From a virus (Duplodnaviria; Caudoviricetes): DNA of 50,741 bases. The stretch is from IMG/VR virus record IMGVR_UViG_3300025141_000149, positions 1 through 50,741 of that record; one strand, given 5' to 3'. Numbering within the stretch: position 1 is the stretch's first letter; every line of letters starts with the position of its first letter. Of the stretch, positions 19,588-27,576 are shown piece by piece. The notes below the pieces were generated by a model. It was not told where the DNA came from and searched no databases. It saw nothing but the letters and a program-made list of their open reading frames with translations. The translations under genes and the position numbers were made by a program.

Positions 19588-19789
19588 GTAATCTCTCTTT
19601 TTTTGCTTGTTTCATTTTTCTTGTGCCATACTTTTCTCTATAGGCACACTCTCTACAGATAAATAATTCTCTCTCAGTAAAATAACTTTTCCATAAGAAC
19701 TTATTTCTTCTTGAAGTGTCTTGACACATATTGCATTTGTAGGGCTCTGATAGTCGCTCTTGGTGAAGTTTTATAACTGGTACTGCCAT
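19571..19789 (-). CDS. Small zinc-finger-like protein
   Basis: CNMC...CREC; AAGGA RBS. Confidence 0.65.
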   Translation of the reverse strand: MAVPVIKLHQERLSEPYKCNMCQDTSRRNKFLWKSYFTERELFICRECAYREKYGTRKMKQAKKERLLEQKK

Positions 19790-19830
19790 ATTTATCCTTC
19801 AAATAATCTCTTATCCTTTGTGCTACAGTT

Positions 19831-20079
19831 TTAATCAACAGTAACAGCTTTTTTTCTTGTTGCTTTCTTTCTTGTTCCTGCTGGTGGTGTAAACTTTTCG
19901 TCAGGCTCTATTTCTACTGCATTTTCTTCCCGTATCCTTTCTTCATGTTTATCAATTTCGTCATGGAGGTCTACGTGATGTACTCTTGTTTGTATTATCT
20001 CTTCCAATGCATCTTCTACAAGTTTTAACCTTACCTCTAATGCATCAAGTTTGTTTTCCACGTCTATTGCTCTACCCAT
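19831..20079 (-). CDS. Hypothetical protein, coiled coil with basic tail
   Basis: AGGAG RBS; RKKATRKK tail. Confidence 0.7.
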   Translation of the reverse strand: MGRAIDVENKLDALEVRLKLVEDALEEIIQTRVHHVDLHDEIDKHEERIREENAVEIEPDEKFTPPAGTRKKATRKKAVTVD

Positions 20080-20082
20080 TAC

Positions 20083-20214
20083 TTATTTCTCCTTTTTTTC
20101 TATTGTTGGTAGATATGAATGGAGTATCTCTTCCATTATATCCAGTCTTTTTTGTAAATCTCTTTTTTCCTGAACTAAATGTTTTAGTATTTCCATAAAA
20201 TCATGTGTATCCAT
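20083..20214 (-). CDS. Small coiled-coil protein (43 aa, not in ORF track)
   Basis: MDTHDFMEILKHLVQEKRDLQKRLDIMEEILHSYLPTIEKKEK. Confidence 0.5.
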   Translation of the reverse strand: MDTHDFMEILKHLVQEKRDLQKRLDIMEEILHSYLPTIEKKEK

Positions 20215-20218
20215 AACT

Positions 20219-20300
20219 AAAGTAAGCAGGCAGCTGTGCGGATTATTACTCTGTATTGTCCATTTATCATCAAGGTATTGGAAGCGTACCTGCTCACTTT
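20219..20300 (-). other. Intergenic long-range RNA stem
   Basis: AAAGTGAGCAGGT pairs with GCCTGCTTACTTT (13 bp, two G-U pairs valid only on the - strand). Confidence 0.55.
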
Positions 20301-20389
20301 ATAGCCCAAAACAATAATACCATTACTATCTTATCGAGTATCCATAGTAATATCAGTATTGTTAGTTTAGTTTCGTTACTTACTTTCAT
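20294..20389 (-). CDS. Very small membrane peptide (31 aa)
   Basis: MKVSNETKLTILILLWILDKIVMVLLFWAIK, lying between two stems. Confidence 0.4.
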   Translation of the reverse strand: MKVSNETKLTILILLWILDKIVMVLLFWAIK

Positions 20390-20399
20390 TTAAATCTGT

Positions 20400-20464
20400 A
20401 AGGGCTGATACTGGTTATTGTTTATTCCCCAACGAATATATTCAACTATAATGTACCAGCCCTT
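20400..20464 (-). other. Intergenic imperfect RNA hairpin
   Basis: AAGGGCTGGTAC pairs with GTATCAGCCCTT (12 bp, one G-U on the - strand), with further inner pairing. Confidence 0.6.
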
Positions 20465-20469
20465 GCCTC

Positions 20470-20601
20470 TTACTTCTTAATATACCTATAAACTGTAGCT
20501 CTACTTATACCAAGTGTTTTTGCTACACTATCAGGCTTCATTTTTAAAGCTTTTACAGCTAACTGTGCAAGCTTTTTCTTTAACTTAGAACGGAAGATCA
20601 T
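20470..20601 (-). CDS. Minimal helix-turn-helix protein (Hin/resolvase-type HTH, 43 aa, not in ORF track)
   Basis: MKPDSVAKTLGISRATVYRYIKK matches the AxxLGISRxTVYRY HTH pattern. Confidence 0.7.
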   Translation of the reverse strand: MIFRSKLKKKLAQLAVKALKMKPDSVAKTLGISRATVYRYIKK

Positions 20602-21202
20602 CTGTAGTAGTCGTAGCTAATCTTTTTCCACTCTCCCATAACTTAGTGAACTTAGCTCTCCATGAAGGTCGTGTTTCACCAGTATCAGTAACCCAATCAT
20701 TGCCACGTCCAACCACAGCAATTACAGGTGTTCCATTAAGATCAGTTTCCTTAATGTCTGGTAGAACTTGAACCTTAACAGTTTTACCACCTATTGTACG
20801 CTCTTCTGTTGGTATTTCTATACCAATAGATTGGCAGAATCGCAGATACCTTTTATTGCCTTCGGCATTTGATTCAAACTTATCATCACCTGTTGGCTCT
20901 AAGAATCTAAACACACCATCAGCAACTACAGTCCAATCAACGTAGTGTTCACCAGTTACTTCTCTACCACCTTCTAATGTGTAGGTTGTATTAGCATTCT
21001 CAGGGGCTACATTTACTTTAAAGTTAAATATACGAGCCTTGAATGTTCTTCCCTTTGTAGTAAATTCCCTTGTAACTGTGCGAGCATCAGTAATGTGACC
21101 TAAATAATCGCCTGCTACTTTGGGAATGTACTCTTCCTCTGTCGTTTCACTTGGAATAAACAGAGCTTCTTCGTTTTTCAACGTATCAGTCATAGTAGAC
21201 AT
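20585..21202 (-). CDS. Probable single-stranded DNA-binding protein
   Basis: Follows sak; beta-rich; acidic tail DDLPF. Confidence 0.7.
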   Translation of the reverse strand: MSTMTDTLKNEEALFIPSETTEEEYIPKVAGDYLGHITDARTVTREFTTKGRTFKARIFNFKVNVAPENANTTYTLEGGREVTGEHYVDWTVVADGVFRFLEPTGDDKFESNAEGNKRYLRFCQSIGIEIPTEERTIGGKTVKVQVLPDIKETDLNGTPVIAVVGRGNDWVTDTGETRPSWRAKFTKLWESGKRLATTTTDDLPF

Positions 21203-21211
21203 TTTCTCTCC

Positions 21212-21763
21212 CTATTGTGAGTTAGTGTAATGTTCCATAGCTTTATGGAAATTACCTTGGTTTATTTGTCCAATGCTTATTTGATGCAATACAGTATCAA
21301 CTAAGCCTTCTTGGTTATTATCTTTCAGTGTTGAAAGTAATTCTTTTGTCTGTGTGTCATCAAGTGGTGGACTTGGCGGTAAATCCTCACCAGCATATAG
21401 ATGCAAACCAAGACCATGTAGTGCAATAGCCTTTGTTAAACATCTCTGTATACTTGTGTTTATTTGGAATGCATTTGGTGCTGTAACTGCTTTGTTCTGA
21501 TGATCGAGTACTGGATGTACTTGTGTCATCTCAACATCATTCACTATCACGGATGCTTTCACAAAGAATCCACACTCAGTATTTACAAATGGGACACCTT
21601 CCCATTCATGTATTGTCCATGTTGCACTTGGATGTCTTTTCTTTAACTCCCTTACAGCATATGCCCAGCTAAGATAACTAAACTTACCTTTCTTCTCGAT
21701 ATGATTAGTAACATCTACCTGATCTAATTCTGTAAAGTAGTTTGTTGTTTTTTTAGTTGCCAT
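21212..21763 (-). CDS. sak: Sak (Rad52-like, DUF1071) single-strand annealing protein
   Basis: EKKGKFSYLSWAYA...PVLD..NK...INTSIQRCLTKAIALHGLGLHLYAGEDLP. Confidence 0.9.
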   Translation of the reverse strand: MATKKTTNYFTELDQVDVTNHIEKKGKFSYLSWAYAVRELKKRHPSATWTIHEWEGVPFVNTECGFFVKASVIVNDVEMTQVHPVLDHQNKAVTAPNAFQINTSIQRCLTKAIALHGLGLHLYAGEDLPPSPPLDDTQTKELLSTLKDNNQEGLVDTVLHQISIGQINQGNFHKAMEHYTNSQ

Positions 21764-22313
21764 GTTTCTCTCCTTGTTCTATAAATAATTCTTGTTGCTG
21801 ACTTAAAATATCTTCTGTGTTTTTAAAACCTTCTTCTACATCATCACTTGGCTTTCCTATTATTTTTTCAAGTGTCCAATGCTGATAATCTTTAAATGAT
21901 ATGTTATATTTTTTTTTACCCTTAAAATATTCAAAGGGTATCCAAGCTATCAATTCATATCTCAAGTCAACAAGTACAAATATGTCAACACATCTATACT
22001 CTTCTAAATCCCATCTCCAGACACCATTTGTACGTCTTTTATTTCTCTTACATATTGTGAAAGATGTGCCATTCCCATTATTATATCTACAGTATGCTGC
22101 TGATTTAGCTTGTACACCATAGTGCTTAGTATCATTAAAAACTGTAAAGTCAAAATCAAAAGCATCACTTTCTTCTGATGATATTACATAGCCATCCATA
22201 GATGCACGATACTTTGCATATAATGCCCCTGCTGCTCCCTTTCTCTTTCCAAAGTTACTTCTGTTAGAGTCTTTTAAGTTTGACAAGTAATAATTATTAC
22301 GCTTTAAATTCAT
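21753..22313 (-). CDS. PD-(D/E)XK endonuclease, possibly a free-standing homing endonuclease
   Basis: FDFDF...GVQAKS...YRCVDIFVLV; inserted between the exonuclease and sak. Confidence 0.6.
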   Translation of the reverse strand: MNLKRNNYYLSNLKDSNRSNFGKRKGAAGALYAKYRASMDGYVISSEESDAFDFDFTVFNDTKHYGVQAKSAAYCRYNNGNGTSFTICKRNKRRTNGVWRWDLEEYRCVDIFVLVDLRYELIAWIPFEYFKGKKKYNISFKDYQHWTLEKIIGKPSDDVEEGFKNTEDILSQQQELFIEQGEKHGN

Positions 22314-22314
22314 A

Positions 22315-23097
22315 TCATATTACAGCTGGTGGATTGCAATGATCTTTAAACTGGCAGTAACTACAACACCACTTGTATGCAGGTGATACGCCATGTACAA
22401 ATCCTGGTAATCCTTTTGAATGTTCATCATTGACTGAATGCCAGTATCTTCTTGCCTTATCAAGATATTCATTTGGGACAGTCTGTTCTTTGATTGTAGA
22501 ATTATCTTTGTTATAGTACAGTATTGACATGCTTTCTAAACTGCCCAGCTTTTCTTTAAGAGCAAGTCCATACGTTGCAACTTGTAGAAAATGATTTCTA
22601 TTTTCATGCTGAACACTACCTCTGCCAAACTTTTGCTTAAAACCCCAAGAAGAAGATGTCTTAATATCATATAGTCTGTTGATCTCTTCTGTACCCGAAG
22701 CCGAGCAGTCTTGCAATAAAACATCAAAAAAGCCCCTAACATTAAACTCAGGCAAAGTGATCTCACCTTCCGTGTCAAATTTTTTGACGCTTTCTACAGC
22801 AATATTTCTTAACAATATATTATCTTTATTGTTCTCTTTACTATATAATATATTATTATAATATATTAATGCGTTCTGAATGTCTTCATGAAGTATTGTT
22901 CCAATCCTCATGACTCTCATACTTTTTTTATTTGGTGGGTTTGTAGGCTCTGCTTTCTCAACAGACTCATAATAGAGCTTGCGAGAGCAAAAGCCAGCAC
23001 CACTTGCATGATACCAGCTTTCGTTTCCTTCATATCTTTCTTTTCTGTTCTCTTCGTTCTTATGAACTAAGTATTCCTGATAAATATCCTCAAACAT
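22315..23097 (-). CDS. Cas4-like PD-(D/E)XK exonuclease
   Basis: HASGAGFCSRKLYY, GTILHE, GFFDV, YDIKTS, QVATY, C-terminal CSYCQFKDHC. Confidence 0.85.
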   Translation of the reverse strand: MFEDIYQEYLVHKNEENRKERYEGNESWYHASGAGFCSRKLYYESVEKAEPTNPPNKKSMRVMRIGTILHEDIQNALIYYNNILYSKENNKDNILLRNIAVESVKKFDTEGEITLPEFNVRGFFDVLLQDCSASGTEEINRLYDIKTSSSWGFKQKFGRGSVQHENRNHFLQVATYGLALKEKLGSLESMSILYYNKDNSTIKEQTVPNEYLDKARRYWHSVNDEHSKGLPGFVHGVSPAYKWCCSYCQFKDHCNPPAVI

Positions 23098-23246
23098 TAT
23101 GTCCTTACGTAGTCCTCCATTAGCTTTGTCAGAGTTTCTCTGTAAGTCGCATGTTTGTCTGTCAGTGATTTTATCTTGAATTTTGTAAACAGATCGTGTG
23201 GAACTTTCAATGTATATGTTGCAAATTCCCTATCTTTTCTCTTCAT
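23097..23246 (-). CDS. Ribbon-helix-helix regulator (49 aa, not in ORF track)
   Basis: GAGGA RBS, TAATG overlap; TYTLKVPHDLFTKFKIKS...RETLTKLMEDYV. Confidence 0.7.
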   Translation of the reverse strand: MKRKDREFATYTLKVPHDLFTKFKIKSLTDKHATYRETLTKLMEDYVRT

Positions 23247-23271
23247 GAATATCCTCTATTTCGTATTGTGA

Positions 23272-23309
23272 TTATGCTTAAAATTACATTAGATTTAATA
23301 TTACTACAA
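23272..23309 (-). promoter_or_regulatory. Possible sigma70-type promoter of the recombination/replication operon
   Basis: TTGTAG-N17-TAATTT in an AT-rich gap upstream of the RHH gene. Confidence 0.35.
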
Positions 23310-23386
23310 AAGGTTTTTTATAAATATATTAATTATTTTTATACCTCTTCTATAGTCTCATCAAATCTCATTCTTGTCTCATAGTC

Positions 23387-23572
23387 TCACTTGCGTGTCA
23401 ATTTCCCTTCGGAGTCTACAGTCATCTCACTGTCTACAGTATCTAATATATCTTGTCTCACCTTTACCATATCAAGTGCTATACTGTAAGCATCCTCAGC
23501 AGACACACCCTCCCGAAGGAGGGCATGTGCTGCAAACATATCAAGCAAGTCTATTGTTGATTTTTCTTCCAT
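23387..23572 (-). CDS. Hypothetical protein
   Basis: 61 aa; DMFAAHAL..AYSIALDMVKVR; short TVDSE duplication. Confidence 0.6.
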   Translation of the reverse strand: MEEKSTIDLLDMFAAHALLREGVSAEDAYSIALDMVKVRQDILDTVDSEMTVDSEGKLTRK

Positions 23573-23574
23573 GA

Positions 23575-24261
23575 TTACAGAAGCTTATCACTTGGAGACC
23601 ATAGGGCTTCGATTTTCTTTCTGTTTTCTATGCAATTACGCAGTACATTGGCATCAATAAATGTATCAATGGATACTTTTATATCATATGCAGTACCAAC
23701 ATTAAACATCCAATACAAACATTCTTTCTGTGCTCTCCTATGAACTTTCTGAGAGACATCCTTTTTTCTTTGCTTTGTATAAGATGTGTACTTGTTAATT
23801 GCAATTAAATATGTGTTTGGAGATTTTCCTTCAGACACTATTCTTTCTATGCATTTACGTCCACCCCCAATCTCCATCATTTTATTTATTGATGTTAGAA
23901 CATCCTTAGATATGACAGGTGCACCTACTAACCATCGCTCTGTTTCTTGGGCTGCTGATAATTCCATGCTATCTACGTTTTCAGCAACAAACATTGCATC
24001 GTAATTACTGTCATTTATTTTTGGATTTATAAAAGCAGGTATTGTCTTATGGCCAAGGTCTTTAAAACAATTTACTCGTCTATGTCCTGCGACAAGCAAT
24101 ATATTTTCCTTGCCAACACCACATGTTACAGGGGTGATTAAGCCATTCTTGGCAATACTTGTTTTTAATTGCACATACTTGGGATGCTTCCTTTCTGTGC
24201 GAATCCTTGGATTATACTTACTTTCTTTTATTCGTGATATGGATACTTCTCTGAACTCCAT
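23575..24261 (-). CDS. ParB N-terminal (ParB/Srx) domain protein
   Basis: YNPR, SIAKNGLITPV, LVAGHRR, AEN; no parA nearby. Confidence 0.85.
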   Translation of the reverse strand: MEFREVSISRIKESKYNPRIRTERKHPKYVQLKTSIAKNGLITPVTCGVGKENILLVAGHRRVNCFKDLGHKTIPAFINPKINDSNYDAMFVAENVDSMELSAAQETERWLVGAPVISKDVLTSINKMMEIGGGRKCIERIVSEGKSPNTYLIAINKYTSYTKQRKKDVSQKVHRRAQKECLYWMFNVGTAYDIKVSIDTFIDANVLRNCIENRKKIEALWSPSDKLL

Positions 24262-24552
24262 TTATCTCTCCTTTACTTTGTATGTTGCACCCTTGATCTT
24301 TACTTGCTCAAGAGTGTTTGTATTTATGAATCTGTATGCTTTCTTTTGCATATCAAATACTCCAATGAGGTCTTTCTCTTCAGGCTTAAACTTCAAGCCT
24401 ACCCCTTTGACATATTTAGATACACCTTGTCTGCATACCATCCTTCTTTTTTCTCCGTTCTTCTTTGTAAAGACCGCTGAGAAAATCTTTCCATTAGTTT
24501 TATATATATACTGCTTAGCTGTTTCTCTACTTATTATCATAATCTGTTTCAT
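24262..24552 (-). CDS. SH3/WYL-like beta-barrel protein (DUF2693-like)
   Basis: FSAVFTKKNGEKRRM...VFDMQKKAYRFIN. Confidence 0.7.
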   Translation of the reverse strand: MKQIMIISRETAKQYIYKTNGKIFSAVFTKKNGEKRRMVCRQGVSKYVKGVGLKFKPEEKDLIGVFDMQKKAYRFINTNTLEQVKIKGATYKVKER

Positions 24553-24739
24553 CCTTTGTTATAGTTATACTACCAACCATTCCATGTTTTATTATGTCAA
24601 GTGTTAAATTCTCATTTAATTTCCAGCCCATCCGTTGCCAAATTTTAGGTGGTAACGATAACTGCTTTTGAGAAGTCTTGCTATCTACATTAGATGTAGA
24701 CCTAAGAAAACATCTGTATCTATTCTTCATCACTATCAC
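24527..24739 (-). CDS. AbrB-like small regulator
   Basis: QLSLPPKIWQRMGWKLNENLTL...SITITK; GGAGG RBS. Confidence 0.55.
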   Translation of the reverse strand: MIVMKNRYRCFLRSTSNVDSKTSQKQLSLPPKIWQRMGWKLNENLTLDIIKHGMVGSITITKDETDYDNK

Positions 24740-24896
24740 CTCCTATATCGGCATGTTCTCCACAGCTACTACAAAAATCACTGTCAGGCCACCCTGGATG
24801 TGTAAATGGGAAACCACAACAGTTACTCATTGGTTCTTCGTCACCAAGCATATCTTTTAATGCTGATGCAATTACTTTATAGTGTTTATCTTCCAT
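24720..24896 (-). CDS. Small Cys-rich protein (58 aa, not in ORF track)
   Basis: AGGAG RBS; SNCCG...FCSSCGEHA. Confidence 0.65.
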   Translation of the reverse strand: MEDKHYKVIASALKDMLGDEEPMSNCCGFPFTHPGWPDSDFCSSCGEHADIGGDSDEE

Positions 24897-25280
24897 GTTA
24901 TTGTTCTCCTTTCAATAATTTATGCAGTGAAATATTATGAAATGGGTTTTTTGCGATGTGATACCAGTCTTCCTCTGAAATTTTAGCAAGATTCTCTATT
25001 TCGCAATTATGGGGATTTTTATCAATACAGCAAATCACTTCAGTATCTAAAATGCTCCCATTGAAATAAACCCATATCAATCTGTTTAAATAATAAAGCT
25101 TACCCTTAATTTGAACTCTTGGAGGTTTATGAGGGTTTAATTTATCAAAGCATCCTGCTTTACTATTTATCAAATCTCTTCTCCCTTTTATCCAATATAA
25201 ATTCCCATTTACATATTTGAGCATGTCTTTTATTTCACGTTGTGTGGGGCACGTACCTATTTCCATGTTATTGTTCTCCT
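24891..25280. repeat. 20-bp direct repeat TTCCATGTTATTGTTCTCCT flanking the HNH gene
   Basis: Identical copies at 24891-24910 and 25261-25280. Confidence 0.9.
24898..25266 (-). CDS. HNH endonuclease-like protein with degenerate active site
   Basis: GNLYW..AG..IKGKLYYLNRLIWVYFNGSI...ICCIDKNPHNCEIENL; the usual HR and DH histidines are replaced. Confidence 0.7.
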   Translation of the reverse strand: MEIGTCPTQREIKDMLKYVNGNLYWIKGRRDLINSKAGCFDKLNPHKPPRVQIKGKLYYLNRLIWVYFNGSILDTEVICCIDKNPHNCEIENLAKISEEDWYHIAKNPFHNISLHKLLKGEQ

Positions 25281-25285
25281 AAAAA

Positions 25286-25358
25286 ATAGGGGTGAGCCAG
25301 AAAGGCGTAGGATGAAATAACCTACAGCTGCTCAACGGCAGCATAAACCCACCCCTAT
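25286..25358 (-). ncRNA. Candidate four-way-junction structured RNA or terminator
   Basis: 9-bp closing stem enclosing three hairpins, followed on the - strand by a T-run and AGGAG. Confidence 0.45.
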
Positions 25359-25368
25359 ATATTATTGT

Positions 25369-25509
25369 TTACATGCCTGCTTTGATGAAGGCAAATACGA
25401 AGTACCATACGAGTATACAGCCTCCAAGCATACCCATCCATACCATAAACTTCCCTGCTAGTCCACCTGCTATTACAAGCACTTCAAATACATCATCTCT
25501 ATTCAGCAT
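25369..25509 (-). CDS. Small membrane protein (46 aa, not in ORF track)
   Basis: MLNRDDVFEVLVIAGGLAGKFMVWMGMLGGCILVWYFVFAFIKAGM; GGAGG upstream. Confidence 0.55.
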   Translation of the reverse strand: MLNRDDVFEVLVIAGGLAGKFMVWMGMLGGCILVWYFVFAFIKAGM

Positions 25510-26075
25510 ATTCTAAACCCTCCACTATTGGCACAGAAGTTTGCAAACTCACGTACATTATCTTCACTGAATGGATATGACTTTGCCCAATCATCCACCT
25601 TGCCTGTTCCATCACATTTATTACACTCCATATCTCCAGCACCAGTCTTTGGTGGCTCTTGTCTCTTACCAGTAGCTTCACATAGATCACAATCTAACTG
25701 TTCAAGTGAATCAAGTTCCTTTTTATACATTGATTCATAGGCTTTAACTTGGTCAGTTTCAATTAAGCGAAACAGTTCTTTTGCTATTCTCCCTGCTTTA
25801 GTCTTGCTTATCTTATGACCATCATTCCAGCTACCTTGCTCTATATCTTTTTCTGTAAGTATATTTTCACATGCTTTAACTACAAAGTGCCACAGTGGTC
25901 TCCACCACCATACATTATTTCTAAAGTATACACCACTGTTCTCTTGTTGCCACTCTTCATAGTCAGCATACATCTTCTTTTCTTCGTCAGACCAATCGTT
26001 CATTGTCTGGTATGGCGGTATCTCTGGTTGAGGTCTACTTATATTTGGATTAAGTCCTGATAAATCAAATCCCAT
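25503..26075 (-). CDS. Conserved-type phage protein with inserted DnaJ-like zinc finger
   Basis: YFRNNVWWWRPLW; CDLCEATG...CNKCDGTG; FCANSGGFRIC. Confidence 0.8.
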   Translation of the reverse strand: MGFDLSGLNPNISRPQPEIPPYQTMNDWSDEEKKMYADYEEWQQENSGVYFRNNVWWWRPLWHFVVKACENILTEKDIEQGSWNDGHKISKTKAGRIAKELFRLIETDQVKAYESMYKKELDSLEQLDCDLCEATGKRQEPPKTGAGDMECNKCDGTGKVDDWAKSYPFSEDNVREFANFCANSGGFRIC

Positions 26076-26317
26076 TACTTGTCTCCTTTCTGTTTATTGT
26101 CTAACATGTCTTGTAGTTCTCTTGATATTTGATACTCATACTCATCCCACTGCAGAAGCAGATTTCTTACAAACTCTACTTTCATTTCTCTGAGTAGTGT
26201 TATTCTATTGTCCTCAGATATATATGCAATGGTTAGCATTGATGTCTCACCTGCTATTATTTGTGGTACTTTTACTTCGTACCTCTTCATTACACCATCA
26301 TATTCAAACTGTGTCAT
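26075..26317 (-). CDS. Hypothetical protein
   Basis: 80 aa, GGAAGGG RBS, TAATG overlap. Confidence 0.7.
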   Translation of the reverse strand: MTQFEYDGVMKRYEVKVPQIIAGETSMLTIAYISEDNRITLLREMKVEFVRNLLLQWDEYEYQISRELQDMLDNKQKGDK

Positions 26318-26391
26318 ATTTATCCCTTCCTTATTTCTGTTACTATGTTTATTATTATCAGTGCAAAGATCACATAAGCTATTATATCCAT

Positions 26392-26637
26392 TTATGTATT
26401 CTCCATTGCTGTAAAGCTATCTCCAACAAGCTTACCAAGTAATGTGCTTGCCTTCTTAAACCCAGAACCACTTGTCTGCCATACTAAGAAGATGTCTCCT
26501 AGTTCTTCATCATGATGTCCTTCTACTTTTATACCAGATTCCCATCCACATGTATGACTTGATATACCTGTTGTCTTATGTCCTAATCTACTTACAGCTT
26601 TACCACCACCTTTGCATTCGGCTCTAAACTGTGCCAT
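26392..26637 (-). CDS. Hypothetical early protein (start MAQFRAE)
   Basis: AAAGGAGA RBS before the ATG at 26637; SRLGHK..GI..GW motif. Confidence 0.7.
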   Translation of the reverse strand: MAQFRAECKGGGKAVSRLGHKTTGISSHTCGWESGIKVEGHHDEELGDIFLVWQTSGSGFKKASTLLGKLVGDSFTAMENT

Positions 26638-27296
26638 ATTTGTTTCTCCTTTCTGTTTATTATTAGTCTCCTGTTTCCATTTCTTCAATCAAGCGTTTAC
26701 CAGATGTGGTTGCATTTGATAAAAACAGTCCAAGCTTTTTATTTCGGTGGTAGACACTTTCTTTAAAATACGTTTCAAAATGAGCTATTGCCTTACCTAT
26801 TACTATGCTCATTTCCTCATCATCATCCAAGTCAAACTTCCCTGAGTAGTCTACCCATCCATTTTTCCATTTTAGTTCTTTTATTTGTTCAGCAGTATAT
26901 TTTGAATGCTCTGACGGATTTACCTTATAACCCTGCTTATTAGGGTCATGACCTTCAGGCAATACTCTTATTTCAACTGACTGTTTATTTATATGAGTAT
27001 CTAAGGCTGTCTTTATTCTGCTTAACTCTCTTCTTAGTTCCACTATGTTTGTTTCTATCTTGTCCAACCTTTTACCCAGTGTTCCCTCCCCATGACATGT
27101 ACCACATCTGGCATCTCCATGACCACCTTTAGGAGGTTTTCCTGTTTTGGTTATTGGTTTACCCGTGCCATCACATTGATTACACTCTACTTCTAAATGT
27201 TTCTCAACAGACTTTAATCCCTTTTCAACCTCAGCTAATGTTCTTGGCTTTTCTTTTTGTTTCTCTACTAACTTCATTTGTTTCTCCTTTCTGTTT
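26638..27296. repeat. 21-bp direct repeat ATTTGTTTCTCCTTTCTGTTT flanking a zinc-finger gene
   Basis: Identical at 26638-26658 and 27276-27296; 14-bp core also at 26082-26095 and 29295-29308. Confidence 0.85.
26663..27277 (-). CDS. Coiled-coil protein with DnaJ-type zinc finger (start MKLVEK)
   Basis: CNQCDGTG...CGTCHGEG; RBS directly before the ATG at 27277. Confidence 0.75.
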   Translation of the reverse strand: MKLVEKQKEKPRTLAEVEKGLKSVEKHLEVECNQCDGTGKPITKTGKPPKGGHGDARCGTCHGEGTLGKRLDKIETNIVELRRELSRIKTALDTHINKQSVEIRVLPEGHDPNKQGYKVNPSEHSKYTAEQIKELKWKNGWVDYSGKFDLDDDEEMSIVIGKAIAHFETYFKESVYHRNKKLGLFLSNATTSGKRLIEEMETGD

Positions 27297-27576
27297 CTTT
27301 TGTCATTGTTGTTGGTTTTCGTGTCATCCACCTTGTTTCAATTGGTCGCTGTATATTTTCCGCTCTTTTCATATCAGTTATAGAATCTATTGTTCCTAAT
27401 TCCCTATCAATATACTTGTCACTCTCCTGGTCAACAGCTCTATTCTCTTTCTTGTCTCTGAGCACAGCTACAAGTTTAAAGTAGTTTACATCAAGTGTCT
27501 TACCTTGCTGTTCTTCAAACCCTTTAACAAATTCCACAAGTTTTTCAGTTGTATTAAATAACCACTTAGTTTTCAT
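27274..27576 (-). CDS. Hypothetical early protein
   Basis: AGGAG RBS, ATGA overlap. Confidence 0.65.
   Translation of the reverse strand: MKTKWLFNTTEKLVEFVKGFEEQQGKTLDVNYFKLVAVLRDKKENRAVDQESDKYIDRELGTIDSITDMKRAENIQRPIETRWMTRKPTTMTKETERRNK

Noticed and set aside
22315-23097. Cas4-like gene as evidence of a CRISPR system
   Set aside because: No repeat-spacer array or other cas genes; it sits in the usual exonuclease-Sak-SSB context
23097-24261. Plasmid-prophage partition system (ParB plus RHH)
   Set aside because: No ParA/ParM ATPase and no parS array found
25286-25358. tRNA gene
   Set aside because: Loop sizes and invariant bases do not fit on either strand; kept only as a structured RNA candidate
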